64,000 nucleotides of DNA from Nitrosopumilus sp. (GCA_965223425.1 OZ245003.1:2112001-2176000); one strand, 5' to 3'. Shown: positions 38,599 through 49,455, numbered from the stretch's first letter. The notes: generated by a model from the sequence alone, not told the origin. Numbers and translations are program-made.

Positions 38599-40044
38599 TT
38601 ATTTCCCATATGATGACGGTGAATCTGTATCTGGTAGGGAACTTTTCTTCAGAGCAGTTATTCTTTTTGCACTGGTGCTTGTTTCTCGTGTGTGCCTTGA
38701 TACTAGTTCAATCAGTCTTGCCTTTCTGCCGTCTTTTTTTGGTCTTAGGACTCTTCCTAGTCTCTGTACTAGTTCTCGTCCGCTGCCTGTACCGCTTACA
38801 ATTATTCCCAATTCAGCATCAGGAACGTCTACCCCTTCATCTAAGACTCGCGAGGTAACGACGGCATTGTATTTGCCAGACTTGAATTTATCCAAAACAT
38901 CATGTCTTTCATCTTTTGGCGTTCTGTGGGTAATAAGCGGGATCAGGAATTTGTGGGATATATCATACACCATTTTGTTGTTTTGTGTAAAAATTATTGT
39001 CTTTGCTTTCTTGTTTTCTTGCAGTATTTTTTGCAGTTCGTCTATCTTGGATATGCTGTTTAATGCAATCTCGTTTGCCTTGTTTCTTGCAAGTAGTGCA
39101 TCTCTTGCAGTCCTGTTTCTGTTTGACATCATGATTAGCTGCCTTAGATTGTACATTGATGGAACCTTGAATCCTAACTGCCTGAGATTTGTCAGGAATT
39201 TCGTGTGATTAGCTGCATATTCTTTTTGTTCTTCTGGAGTTAGTGTGACCTGTATTCTATCAACTGTGTATTCTGCCAAGTGTTTTTGTGATGCAAGCTC
39301 ATCTGATCCAAGACGAAATACGATTCCGCCTGTAAGGTGCGGGATTAACTCATCTAGTCCATCCTCTCTTTCTATTGTCGCAGTTAAACCTAATCTGTAT
39401 GGTGCAATGAGTTGTTCTGCAATGGAACGGTATCCAGGGGCAGGAAGATGGTGTACTTCATCAAATATTACCAATTTGAACTGGTTTCCTATTGTTGCTG
39501 CTCTAATATACGCAGAATCATATGTTGCCACGGTGATTGCTTGTAGATTGTCTTCTCCACCGCCTAGTTTTCCAATTTGCATGTTTGGTGAGTTTTGATT
39601 GTTGATTGAGAGATGCTTGGAAACGTTGTTTGTCCATTGCTCCATCAAATCAATTGTGGGAACCACCACCAGCGTAGCTGCATTTACTTTTTGGATTGCC
39701 TTGATTCCTATTGCAGTTTTTCCAGCACCTGTAGGCAGAATGACACATCCCCTCATCGATGATTTTTCCCAATTTTGGATTGCCTGTTGCTGATAGTCTC
39801 GCAATTCCAAATCCCTTGTTTGGAATACTGGAGATGGTATGAAATCAGGTACATGATCAACAAAATCCAAGTCGCTTTTTGTCAAATATTCTATGATCTC
39901 TTGATAGCTCAGCCCATAAGACCTGAGAGATTTGGCCCTGTCATCGTATTTTGTATTTGGAATTCGGATTAACTTACTATCCTCAATACGGATGGTGCCT
40001 TTCTCAAAAAACAGTCTTGGGCTTGCAGAGGGGTTGGATGTCAA
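38599..40044 (-). CDS. xpb: XPB/Rad25-like DNA repair helicase
   Basis: LRDYQ, PTGAGKT, DEVHH, LTAT, RED, QRLGRVLR. Confidence 0.9.
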   Translation of the reverse strand: MTSNPSASPRLFFEKGTIRIEDSKLIRIPNTKYDDRAKSLRSYGLSYQEIIEYLTKSDLDFVDHVPDFIPSPVFQTRDLELRDYQQQAIQNWEKSSMRGCVILPTGAGKTAIGIKAIQKVNAATLVVVPTIDLMEQWTNNVSKHLSINNQNSPNMQIGKLGGGEDNLQAITVATYDSAYIRAATIGNQFKLVIFDEVHHLPAPGYRSIAEQLIAPYRLGLTATIEREDGLDELIPHLTGGIVFRLGSDELASQKHLAEYTVDRIQVTLTPEEQKEYAANHTKFLTNLRQLGFKVPSMYNLRQLIMMSNRNRTARDALLARNKANEIALNSISKIDELQKILQENKKAKTIIFTQNNKMVYDISHKFLIPLITHRTPKDERHDVLDKFKSGKYNAVVTSRVLDEGVDVPDAELGIIVSGTGSGRELVQRLGRVLRPKKDGRKARLIELVSRHTRETSTSAKRITALKKSSLPDTDSPSSYGK

Positions 40045-40200
40045 TCTGCTTCTTTTTGGTCGAGTTCATTATAATCATTTTTTGATCGTGAGATGTGGTA
40101 CACTGGTCAACGCTGAATCAGGCTTTGCAGCATTATTCCTTTCAAGCATTGTACCTCTTAGAAAATGATCATTTGGCGATAAAATTTTAACAGAAATTGA

Positions 40201-40383
40201 CTAGCGTCTCTTTCTTCTTTGGCCTGGTTTGTTTTGGCCAGGAAACCTTCCAAGAACAAATCTCTTTTTGAAATTGCTCTTGTTTCTAAGGCTAGAACTT
40301 GTACCTACAATTTTTCTTCCTTCTACCTTTGGAGTCTGTCCTCTTACTTTTCCTGCCTTAGTAATTGAACCGTGTGTTGCCAT
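40201..40383 (-). CDS. rps30e: 30S ribosomal protein S30e
   Basis: HGSITKAGKVRGQTPKV. Confidence 0.95.
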   Translation of the reverse strand: MATHGSITKAGKVRGQTPKVEGRKIVGTSSSLRNKSNFKKRFVLGRFPGQNKPGQRRKRR

Positions 40384-40427
40384 GATGATATAGGTGTAAA
40401 TAAGTGAATTTATGTATTTGTATGACC

Positions 40428-42161
40428 CTACCAGTACTTTGCCTTTACAGTCTCAATTACCTGTTCGTGTTCCTTGCTCTTTTTGCGTGCATATCTTTCC
40501 ATGGCACCAAGTGGAACGCCACCAAGAGATCTGGCGATCGCATTAAAGAAGTATCTTCGTGGGCCTTTTGAGCCTGTTCTAGTCATGAATTTTTGGATAC
40601 CATACTTGAAGTTGTGTTGCCATGTCTTGTAAAGAACACCTAGTTGAGCAGGTGTCATTTCACTTCCAATGTTGAAAAAGTCAGATTTTTCTAGCAATCC
40701 AATTGGAACAAATGTAAGTGCAGTAGCAGTGAACATTGACTCAGGTTGTTCACGTTCTAATTCGTTGATTAAGCGTATAGTTTCCCATGAATCTTCAGGA
40801 GTTTCATCGTTATCAAGACCCATGATTAGTGTGAATGCAGGAATCCAATAATTTTCGTTCAGTGCTTTTACACCCTCTTTTACAACCCAATGCCATTCAT
40901 CAGGAGAATAAGGTGCAAGTTTTCTGTCTGCATATTTACCAATTAATCTCAAACTTCCAGTCTCAAATCCGGCTTGCACGCCAATCATATTATCAGGACT
41001 GGCCCCGATGATTCTAGACAGATTTGGAAGAAGTTTTTCATCAGCTATTGCACCGGCCAGTGTTCCATGTGTAGGGTTTGTATGTTCTACGCCAGTTGAC
41101 ATGATTGCAGTAAACAATTCTTCAAGCGCTTCTCTGTTTGGTTCCATTCCTTTTGCAGTTCTTGGATCCATGCCATAAACGAAAATATCGTCACTGTGAA
41201 TCCATGCAGATTTTGAACCGCCTTTCTTCATGTTAACTTCAATTTCTTTTTTGACTTTTTCTGGCGGGTAATATCTCAATGATCTTAATGTAACGTCACA
41301 GAATTTGCATCCCCTACCACATCCACGCATTACCTCGACCATTCCATGCATGCTTGGTTCAACAATGTCAGGAATTTCTTCCAAATCAGGTCTATCCCAA
41401 AAATTTACAAATCTTCCATGGATTTTTTTGCCGTTTCTTTCAAATTCTTTAATGTTAACTTTAAAGTCGCTTCTCTTTCTAAAGGGATCCATGTTTTCAA
41501 AGTCGCCGTTAATTAAATAATTAAAGAATCTTCCAGCATGCCCATCAATCTCTGGAGCAATACCGCCAAGCTCTCCTTCCAGTATTGCATAGATTCCAAG
41601 TTCTTCTATTTTTTCAGGATCATAGTTGTACTGCCAGGTTCCAGATGCGCCAGAAATTACTTTTGCTTTACTTCCGGTCTTTGCTTTAGCAGCTTTAATT
41701 CTACTATGTAATTCAGTATTGTAAAATTCATCATAGGACATTTGCTTTCTGCCGTAAGTGAATGTCATAGTAACTGGGCCCATTCCAAGAGGATCCATTT
41801 CATAGGTTCCAACAACTTGTGTTTCAGGTCCGATGAATTGTTCTATATGATCAGGATGAGCAACGACAACATCCTGTCTACTGAATCCATCTCGTAACAG
41901 ACCAGCTTCTAATTTTCTCAAGCCGTATGGCGCATAATTTGCAACACCATTTGTGTGAGGAATATAATTACAAATAAAATCAAACAAAATCTTTGGAGTA
42001 ACCTGTTTGCCAAGAATCTTGTACAAAAAACTGCTTTTATTCCTATTAGGATCAATAGCTGGCGCACATCCAAAAAATGTAGCAAGAGACAATCCCCTGT
42101 ACGGAGACATCAAGGTACGATCAGCGGTCAGAACAATTTTTGGCATTCCCATATCCTTCAT
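40428..42161 (-). CDS. Radical SAM protein (B12-binding-like archaeal family)
   Basis: RGCGRGCKFC; APYGLRKLEA. Confidence 0.88.
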   Translation of the reverse strand: MKDMGMPKIVLTADRTLMSPYRGLSLATFFGCAPAIDPNRNKSSFLYKILGKQVTPKILFDFICNYIPHTNGVANYAPYGLRKLEAGLLRDGFSRQDVVVAHPDHIEQFIGPETQVVGTYEMDPLGMGPVTMTFTYGRKQMSYDEFYNTELHSRIKAAKAKTGSKAKVISGASGTWQYNYDPEKIEELGIYAILEGELGGIAPEIDGHAGRFFNYLINGDFENMDPFRKRSDFKVNIKEFERNGKKIHGRFVNFWDRPDLEEIPDIVEPSMHGMVEVMRGCGRGCKFCDVTLRSLRYYPPEKVKKEIEVNMKKGGSKSAWIHSDDIFVYGMDPRTAKGMEPNREALEELFTAIMSTGVEHTNPTHGTLAGAIADEKLLPNLSRIIGASPDNMIGVQAGFETGSLRLIGKYADRKLAPYSPDEWHWVVKEGVKALNENYWIPAFTLIMGLDNDETPEDSWETIRLINELEREQPESMFTATALTFVPIGLLEKSDFFNIGSEMTPAQLGVLYKTWQHNFKYGIQKFMTRTGSKGPRRYFFNAIARSLGGVPLGAMERYARKKSKEHEQVIETVKAKYW

Positions 42162-42202
42162 GAAAATAATTTTTTAATTTATTTTAAACCTTGCTAGTAA
42201 GA

Positions 42203-43015
42203 CTAGTAGTTTTCTAAGATTCCAGCCTTGTTCCTGCGAGAATGGCCAAATTCCTTGTTTGAAGATAGATGCTGGCCGTCAAATACGGTTCCATCCCTAC
42301 AAACAAGATCCTCGCCCACACAGCAGCTGCCACAAATACCAACTCCACACTTCATCATTCGCTCAAGACTGGCTTGGACAAATATTCCCCTAGAATGAGC
42401 TGACTGGACCGTTTTGTACATCATAATTTCAGGTCCGCAGACGTATACTGCGTCAAAACTGGTTTCACTGACAAGCTTTTCGACTAAATCAGTCACAAAT
42501 CCTTTTTCGCCATAACTACCATCGTCAGTTGAAACAATTACCTTATGGGAACCGTTTTCCAGAAGGTTGTTACTCAAATCTTCAAAAAAGACCTCATCTT
42601 TTGATTTTGCGCCAATTAGAACAGTAACATCATCTGTAGGTTTTACAAAAGTAAGCAGTCGCATCATTGGAACAAGACCGGTTCCACCACCAACAAGCAA
42701 GAGTTTGCCTTCCCTGACATCAAAAGAATTGCCATATGGGCCCCGAATTCCAATTTGTTCTCCTGCCTTAATATTGAACAGTCCAGTTGAAGCAGGCCCA
42801 TGCTTTCTTACCGTAAAGGCAGCCTTTCCAGATTCATTTGAAATCATAACGCTCATTGGCAATTCGTTTATCCCAGGAATCCAAACCATTGCAAATTGTC
42901 CAGGAAGAACATTGGACATTATTTCATTTGAAAAGACCAAGGTTCGAACAGTAGGCGTTTCATCAATTACTTTTTCAATTGTAACAACTGTTGGATGGTT
43001 AGGATTTTTTTGCAA
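42203..43015 (-). CDS. pyrK: Dihydroorotate dehydrogenase electron transfer subunit
   Basis: GPYGN, GGTG, CGPEIM, ERMMKCGVGICGSC. Confidence 0.93.
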   Translation of the reverse strand: MQKNPNHPTVVTIEKVIDETPTVRTLVFSNEIMSNVLPGQFAMVWIPGINELPMSVMISNESGKAAFTVRKHGPASTGLFNIKAGEQIGIRGPYGNSFDVREGKLLLVGGGTGLVPMMRLLTFVKPTDDVTVLIGAKSKDEVFFEDLSNNLLENGSHKVIVSTDDGSYGEKGFVTDLVEKLVSETSFDAVYVCGPEIMMYKTVQSAHSRGIFVQASLERMMKCGVGICGSCCVGEDLVCRDGTVFDGQHLSSNKEFGHSRRNKAGILENY

Positions 43016-43910
43016 GACCTATCATATCCTCTATTTTTGAAAAATTATTTCTTTTCATATATGAAATTATTCCATTGTTAATATCGTCAAACACCTCAAG
43101 CCAATTATCACCCACTGCACTACCAATTTGTACCGCAGATGCGCCTGCTAAGAAAAATTCAACTGCGTCTTCCCAAGTAGATATACCACCGCAACCAATT
43201 ATTGGAATGTCATGTTTAGAAGAGATCTCATAAACACATCTGAGTGCAATTGGTTTAATCGGAGTGCCAGACAATCCACCAAATTTGTTACTTAGAATTG
43301 GACGCTTTGTTTCAACATCGACTGCCATTGCTCGAACAGTGTTGATGGCAGTAATTGCATCAGTTCCAGAATCCATTGCTGCCCTTACAGTGTTCAGATA
43401 ATGAGTGGTGCCCAAACCGACTTTAGCAATTACTGGAACATCCGCGGAGTTTTTAACCGTAGATACAATTTTTTTTACCAATTCAGGATCATCGCCGACT
43501 TCTAAACCAACTTTAGCTACATGGGGACATGAAAGATTCAGCTCATACGCAGTTACTTTGCAATTTTCAAATTGTTTTATCATAAATTCAAAATCTTCAG
43601 GAGCTGAACCCACCAGACTCACTATAATTGGAACATCTTGGTTTGGTTGAATCATTTTGGCAAAATTTGGAGCGCCAGGATTCGATAACCCTACTGCATT
43701 GATCCAACCGTCACCCTTTACGCTAAAGATAGTTGGATTTGGATAACCCTCCCAAGGTTCCCTGCTAAGGGATTTTGTCACGACAGCCCCTGCTCCAGAG
43801 CGATATAGTCGATTAAAGACATCCAATGAAATTCCCAGTATTCCTGATGCCAGCATTACAGGTCTGTCTAAGTGAATTTGACCTATCGAAGTTGAAAGAC
43901 TGGATTCCAC
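42999..43910 (-). CDS. pyrD: Dihydroorotate dehydrogenase family 1
   Basis: ASG, NLSCPH, GGLSG, GCGGI. Confidence 0.94.
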   Translation of the reverse strand: MESSLSTSIGQIHLDRPVMLASGILGISLDVFNRLYRSGAGAVVTKSLSREPWEGYPNPTIFSVKGDGWINAVGLSNPGAPNFAKMIQPNQDVPIIVSLVGSAPEDFEFMIKQFENCKVTAYELNLSCPHVAKVGLEVGDDPELVKKIVSTVKNSADVPVIAKVGLGTTHYLNTVRAAMDSGTDAITAINTVRAMAVDVETKRPILSNKFGGLSGTPIKPIALRCVYEISSKHDIPIIGCGGISTWEDAVEFFLAGASAVQIGSAVGDNWLEVFDDINNGIISYMKRNNFSKIEDMIGLAKKS

Positions 43911-43996
43911 TTTGATTAATGAATCTTAGTTTCGAATATAACAGTTGATTCATAATTCTGGTACCTTTTTTAAAGGTGATTTAGATTGAACTAGTC

Positions 43997-45250
43997 ATGT
44001 ATTCTGTAATTTTAACAGAATTGGGGATCTCAGTTTTCAATGATGAAAAACTTGAAAAAGCATTTTCTTTCTCAAATTATGTTAAAGAGTACCTTTTAGT
44101 AAAAAATAAAGAATCAAAACTAAATGAACTGATAAACTATCTGGCTTCAATCCAGATAGTGGTTTCTGTTAGTGATGAATCGCTATTGGCAATTTTGAAA
44201 AAAAATTCGATTGATTGTCAGCTCATGGAATCTAAAGAATTAGAAACAATACAAGCAACAAAGCCACAAATAATTGTTGATTCAGGTTTTGCCTCTAATC
44301 CACAAGACGCGTTAGGAAAACTAAGAGAGTTTGCTTTGGGACTATCATCCTCAAAAGTTACTGAGGCATCAGAAAGTCCAGATCTTCACATTATTCAAGC
44401 AATTAATTCACTAGATGAAATTGACAAGATAGCAAATGCACTGAGTTCAAGACTAAGGGAATGGTATGGTTTGCACTTTCCAGAATTGGATAATGTAATT
44501 GACAGTATCAATGGATATGCACAAATTGTATTAGCAGGAAAACGTGAATCGTTAACAAAACAAGTTTTTGAGGACGCAGGTTTTCCAGAATCAAAAGTTG
44601 AGATGCTGTCTTTAATCTCATCAAACAGCAGAGGCGGCGATATATCTGATGCTAACTTGGCAATAGTGCAATCAATTGCAAAACAAATTCTGGACTTTCA
44701 CGATTTACGTAAAAAACTTGAAGACCATGTCGAGTCTGAGATGGGAACGATTGCGCCCAATCTTTCAGCAATACTAGGAACTGCAGTAGGTGCAAGGGTT
44801 TTAGGAAGAGCTGGGAGTCTCAAAAGATTGGCATCGCTCCCTGCAAGTACAATACAGGTTTTAGGTGCTGAAAAAGCATTGTTTAGATCATTAAAGACTG
44901 GTTCTCAACCACCAAAACATGGATTGCTATTCCAGCACGCAATGGTCCATGCAGCACCAAGATGGCAAAGAGGAAAAATTGCACGTGCAATTGCTGCAAA
45001 AGCAGTCATTGCTGCAAGGGTGGATGTCTATGGAGAAGGATTAAACGAAACTTTACTTGAAAAACTCAACATCAGAGTAGGTGAAATAGGCAAGAAATAT
45101 GAAAATCCAACTGAAAAAGACATCAGGAAACCCCAATCATTCAAACGGGATGGTGGAAACTTCAGAGATAGAAGGAGGGAAGGTGGAAGATATAAAGAAA
45201 GATCAAACTCGAACAAAAATAAAAAGAGAAAAAAGTTTGGAAGAAGATAA
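43997..45250 (+). CDS. nop5: Nop5/Nop56 C/D-box sRNP protein
   Basis: LREWYGLHFPEL, GAEKALF, PPKHG. Confidence 0.95.
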   Translation: MYSVILTELGISVFNDEKLEKAFSFSNYVKEYLLVKNKESKLNELINYLASIQIVVSVSDESLLAILKKNSIDCQLMESKELETIQATKPQIIVDSGFASNPQDALGKLREFALGLSSSKVTEASESPDLHIIQAINSLDEIDKIANALSSRLREWYGLHFPELDNVIDSINGYAQIVLAGKRESLTKQVFEDAGFPESKVEMLSLISSNSRGGDISDANLAIVQSIAKQILDFHDLRKKLEDHVESEMGTIAPNLSAILGTAVGARVLGRAGSLKRLASLPASTIQVLGAEKALFRSLKTGSQPPKHGLLFQHAMVHAAPRWQRGKIARAIAAKAVIAARVDVYGEGLNETLLEKLNIRVGEIGKKYENPTEKDIRKPQSFKRDGGNFRDRRREGGRYKERSNSNKNKKRKKFGRR

Positions 45251-45911
45251 TCAATCGTTTTTTTGGATCAAATCAGAAGGACAGAAAAAACTAGCTACTG
45301 AAAATTTAGTTCCGGGAAACCAAGTGTACAAAGAAAAACTGATCAGCAAAAAAGGAATTGAATACAGGTTATGGGATCCATTTAGAAGTAAATTAGCAGC
45401 AGCCATAATGAATGAACTTGAAGAGTTTCCTTTTGAAAATAAAACCAAAGTTCTCTATCTAGGAGCATCAACGGGAACAACTGTAAGTCATATTTCAGAC
45501 ATTGTTGGTCCAAGTGGGATAGTTTTTGCAGTTGAACATGCAAGCAGAGTTGCAAGGGATTTTTTAGACAGAGTTGCACCATATAGATCAAACATTATTC
45601 CAATTATGCAAGATGCAAGAAAACCAACAGAGTACTTTTCTGTATTTGGAAAAGTTGACGTAGTTTATGTGGATATTGCACAGCCTGATCAAACAAAAAT
45701 TGCAATAAACAACTGCGAAATGTTTCTAAAAAAAGGAGGAATCTTCTTCCTAGTCATTAAGACAAGAAGTATTGATGTTACAAAATCTCCAAAAAAAATT
45801 ATTGAGAAAGAAATAGAAAAACTGAAAATAAATTTTGATGTTTTGCAGTCCATAGATTTACATCCATATGACAAAGATCATGCAATAGTAATTGCAAAAT
45901 ATAGAAATTAG
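45237..45911 (+). CDS. flpA: Fibrillarin-like 2'-O-methyltransferase
   Basis: WDPFRSKLAA, LYLGASTGTT, DIAQPDQ; probable TTG start overlapping the nop5 end. Confidence 0.94.
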   Translation: MEEDNQSFFWIKSEGQKKLATENLVPGNQVYKEKLISKKGIEYRLWDPFRSKLAAAIMNELEEFPFENKTKVLYLGASTGTTVSHISDIVGPSGIVFAVEHASRVARDFLDRVAPYRSNIIPIMQDARKPTEYFSVFGKVDVVYVDIAQPDQTKIAINNCEMFLKKGGIFFLVIKTRSIDVTKSPKKIIEKEIEKLKINFDVLQSIDLHPYDKDHAIVIAKYRN

Positions 45912-46528
45912 CTATCATCCAAAATTCGCCGAATAGGCTTCCAGCTTTTACGCACAAAACTAGGCATAATATGGTTTGTCCTGTAATATTTTGTTACAAA
46001 TTTTACACTTGTCGAATCTGAAGGATATCCGCTTCCCAGATCATGGTTTTTTCGCAATTTTGCAATTGCTCTGTCCCGTGTGACTTTTGCAAGAACAGAC
46101 GCAGCTGAAACTATCACAAATCTACTATCTGCATGGTGATATGATTTAATTTTATGATTGTCAGATAGTTGTGAAATCTTTTTTCCAAATCTTTTAGGAT
46201 TAACATCACAAGAATCAACATATGATGTGTCTGAATTTAGTCTTGAAACAACTTTGGCCATATATTTTGCCTCCAAATCATTTAAACAGTGTTTTTTCAC
46301 ACTAGCATCAATGGATTTTGGGGAAATTTTTGCAATATGATAATCATCGGCAATTTTAATGATTTTTTTATAAAAATACTCACGTGATTTAGGAGAAAGT
46401 TGTTTTGAATCCTTGACTCCTAATGAAGAGAGTTTTCTTAAATTTTTTTTATCCAAGGAGATTCCGGCTATAACTAATGGCCCCAACATAGAACCACGTC
46501 CGGCATCATCAATTCCACAAATTTGCAC
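45908..46528 (-). CDS. rnhB: Ribonuclease HII
   Basis: GIDDAGRG, DSK, SAASVLAK, GSGYP. Confidence 0.93.
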   Translation of the reverse strand: MQICGIDDAGRGSMLGPLVIAGISLDKKNLRKLSSLGVKDSKQLSPKSREYFYKKIIKIADDYHIAKISPKSIDASVKKHCLNDLEAKYMAKVVSRLNSDTSYVDSCDVNPKRFGKKISQLSDNHKIKSYHHADSRFVIVSAASVLAKVTRDRAIAKLRKNHDLGSGYPSDSTSVKFVTKYYRTNHIMPSFVRKSWKPIRRILDDS

Positions 46529-46587
46529 GAATTTTGTCTTAAAGCACAAGTATTAAACCATTATACATTAAAAAAAATAGAAAATAA

Positions 46588-47736
46588 TTGGAAATTCCAA
46601 ATGATACATTTCAAGAAATTATAGAAGGTAAAACAAAATTACTTGTTCCAAAAAAATCAATCACTGAAAAAGTTCCACCAAAAAAACCCGCATTTTTTAA
46701 TCCAAAAGCAAAATTGAATAGAGATCTTTCAATAATTGCATATGCGGCATTTCTGAAAAATTTTCAAGGTCCAAAAATTTTCCTAGAAGGATTATCAGGA
46801 ATTGGTGCAAGGGGATTGCGAGTTGCAAATGAATTAAGAGTGGAAAACGTCGTAATCAATGATCTAAACCCGACTGCCTTAAAAATTGCAGAATATTCAG
46901 CAAGTCTGAATAATTTAAAGAACATTGAATTTTCTGAGAAGGAAGTTTGTAGATTTTTAAGTAATTATTCAAAAAAAGGGGAAAGAGGCTCAATTGTAGA
47001 CATAGATCCCTTTGGTTCTCCTGCAGCATTTTTTGATTGTGGGGTTAGAGCCACCATGCATGGAGGAATTTTTTCAACAGCAGCGACAGATCTTCAGGTG
47101 CTAAACGGACTATTCCAATCAGCATGTAAGAGAAAGTATGGCGGAATTCCTGTAAGGACAAAATATGGAAATGAGATTGCAATCAGGCTGATTCTTGGTT
47201 GTCTCAGAACGGTAACAGCAAGATTGGGGGTAAAAATAATTCCCTTATTTGTTGAAAGCAACATGCATTACTATAGAACATATATCAAAATTCAAAATAG
47301 GCCAGATCAGGAAGAAAATGTAGGATACATACTACACTGTAAAAACTGTGGGCATAGAAAAATTACATTAGAACAAGAACAAAATTGTGAACTATGCAAG
47401 TCAAAAATTAGTATTGCAGGGCCATTATGGATTGGAAAAATTTTTGACAGGGAATTTGTTCAAAATATGTTATTAGAAATTCCAAATTTAGAAATAGATA
47501 AAATTTATGAAAAAATACTTGACAAATGTCTAAAAGAATCAGAAATGCCTGGAACATATTTTACGCTAGATGAAATTGCATCAAAAATAAAATCATCTCC
47601 CCCCAAATTAGAGAATCTAATAACAAACTTACAAAAAAATAATTTTGTAGCAAGTGTTACGTCATTTAATCCGACAGGGTTTAGAACAAATGCAAAAATA
47701 AACGAGATGGAAGAAATATTTCAGACTAGCCAATAA
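46588..47736 (+). CDS. trm1: tRNA (G26) N2,N2-dimethyltransferase
   Basis: FFNP..NRD, DIDPFGSP, GPLWIG. Confidence 0.92.
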   Translation: MEIPNDTFQEIIEGKTKLLVPKKSITEKVPPKKPAFFNPKAKLNRDLSIIAYAAFLKNFQGPKIFLEGLSGIGARGLRVANELRVENVVINDLNPTALKIAEYSASLNNLKNIEFSEKEVCRFLSNYSKKGERGSIVDIDPFGSPAAFFDCGVRATMHGGIFSTAATDLQVLNGLFQSACKRKYGGIPVRTKYGNEIAIRLILGCLRTVTARLGVKIIPLFVESNMHYYRTYIKIQNRPDQEENVGYILHCKNCGHRKITLEQEQNCELCKSKISIAGPLWIGKIFDREFVQNMLLEIPNLEIDKIYEKILDKCLKESEMPGTYFTLDEIASKIKSSPPKLENLITNLQKNNFVASVTSFNPTGFRTNAKINEMEEIFQTSQ

Positions 47737-48319
47737 AACCTAGACAAACATAGTATAACTCACTACTTTGTTTTCTACTTGCTTTAGGTTTTGTAAGATT
47801 TATTCGAGAAAATTTTTTCTTGACATAGTCCTTAAACTCCATTGAATATTCTCCATCAAAGACTTTGAAGACAGCGTTTCCTTTGTGTGCTAAAACTTTG
47901 TCCATGATTTTTGTACAATCATAATTAAGAGAAATTTGTTTAGCATGGTCAACAGACCAATTTCCACTAACCTTAGGCGATAAATCACAAATTACGGCAT
48001 TTACTTTACGCTCAAAATAGGACATTATTTCATCAATCACGTGCTCATCCTCAATATTTTCTCTAAGAATGTAGGCTCCAGGAATCTCTTCAACATATGA
48101 CAAATCAATTCCCATAACTTTGCCTTGATTTCCAGCAAGTTTTACAGCCATCTGAGTCCAACCACCGGGAGCGCATCCTAAATCTATAACACTGAATCCC
48201 GGACCAATTATACGATAAGATTGGTTTAGTTCTTTTAGTTTGTATGCAGCCCTACTTCTATAACCTTGCTCATGAGCTAATTTTCTATAGTGATCTTTAC
48301 GAGCATCTAACAGTTTCAT
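47726..48319 (-). CDS. rlmE: 23S rRNA U2552 2'-O-methyltransferase
   Basis: YRSRAAYKL, DLGCAPGGW, KPKASR..S.E.Y. Confidence 0.93.
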   Translation of the reverse strand: MKLLDARKDHYRKLAHEQGYRSRAAYKLKELNQSYRIIGPGFSVIDLGCAPGGWTQMAVKLAGNQGKVMGIDLSYVEEIPGAYILRENIEDEHVIDEIMSYFERKVNAVICDLSPKVSGNWSVDHAKQISLNYDCTKIMDKVLAHKGNAVFKVFDGEYSMEFKDYVKKKFSRINLTKPKASRKQSSELYYVCLGFIG

Positions 48320-49455
48320 TTTGAAGGTTTTTTCATTTCAGCAATCACCCAATCTTCAATAAATTGACAACTTCTTGGACTAATTTCGCCTTCAAGAGTA
48401 CATTTCTGTTCCACAGGGCAAACCAAGCAAGGAGCATTTTCAATTGATTGAGTACTGATTGGAGTCTTCTTTAAAATTAACTTATAAGTCCAACGGCCTT
48501 TTTCAAGAATCTTTTCTCTAGTAATCGTTCCCATTCTTTCTAATTTTAATGCTAAACGGGAACCATCACGACTTGTAAGTTTAAGTTTTTTCCACAATTC
48601 ACTCTGGAACATTCCATTTGATTCACGTTCTGCCAAAATATCACAGACTTTGTTAGTAAGTCTTTCCATGTCAACTTTTTCAATTTGAAAGTTTTCAATT
48701 TCTTCATCAGAAAGTTGTTCTTCTAATTCTTCTTCAAGTGTTTTTTCAGCCTCCTTTTTGGCTTCTTCTAACTCTTTTTTAGTTAATTTTTTTTCTTTGG
48801 GAGGTTTTGCTTCAGCTTTCTTTGCTTTCTTTGCAGGCTTTGCTTCAGCTTTCTTTGCTTTCTTTGCAGGCTTTGCTTCAGCTTTCTTTGCTTTCTTTGC
48901 AGGCTTTGCTTCAGCTTTCTTTGCAGGCTTTGCTTCAGCTTTCTTTGCAGGCTTTGCTTCAGCTTTCTTTGCAGGCTTTGCTTCAGCTTTCTTTGCAGGC
49001 TTTGCTTCAGCTTTCTTTGCAGGCTTTGCTTCAGCTTTCTTTGCAGGCTTTGCTTCAGCTTTCTTTGCAGGCTTTGCTTCAGCTTTCTTTGCAGGCTTTG
49101 CTTCAGCTTTCTTTGCAGGCTTTGCTTCAGCTTTCTTTGCAGGCTTTGCTTCAGCTTTCTTTGCAGGCTTTGCTTCAGCTTTCTTTGCAGGCTTTGCTTC
49201 AGCTTTCTTTGCAGGCTTTGCTTCAGCTTTCTTTGCTTTCTTTGGAGGTTTTGCTTCAGCTTTCTTTGCTTTCTTTGGAGGTTTTGCTTCAGCTTTCTTT
49301 GCAGGCTTTGCTTCAGCTTTCTTTGGAGGTTTTGCTTCAGCTTTCTTTGGAGGTTTGTCAGAAGAATCTAGAATCTTCTTTTTCTTTTTTAATTCAGCAA
49401 TTTGTGCTTTAATTTTTTCTGCCTCATCAATCAAAGAATCTCTTTTCTTGGCCAT
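48316..49455 (-). CDS. TFE-beta / RPC34-like factor (winged helix plus Fe-S domain) with long Lys/Ala/Pro repeat N-terminus
   Basis: GMFQSELWKKLKL winged helix; PCLVCPVEQKC..EGEISPRSC..I.DW matches the C34 [4Fe-4S] motif. Confidence 0.82.
   Translation of the reverse strand: MAKKRDSLIDEAEKIKAQIAELKKKKKILDSSDKPPKKAEAKPPKKAEAKPAKKAEAKPPKKAKKAEAKPPKKAKKAEAKPAKKAEAKPAKKAEAKPAKKAEAKPAKKAEAKPAKKAEAKPAKKAEAKPAKKAEAKPAKKAEAKPAKKAEAKPAKKAEAKPAKKAEAKPAKKAEAKPAKKAEAKPAKKAKKAEAKPAKKAKKAEAKPAKKAKKAEAKPPKEKKLTKKELEEAKKEAEKTLEEELEEQLSDEEIENFQIEKVDMERLTNKVCDILAERESNGMFQSELWKKLKLTSRDGSRLALKLERMGTITREKILEKGRWTYKLILKKTPISTQSIENAPCLVCPVEQKCTLEGEISPRSCQFIEDWVIAEMKKPSK
48800..49355 (-). repeat. 24-bp coding tandem repeat (AEAKPAKK), about 21 units with AKK inserts
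   Basis: gctttctttgcaggctttgcttca repeated. Confidence 0.95.
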
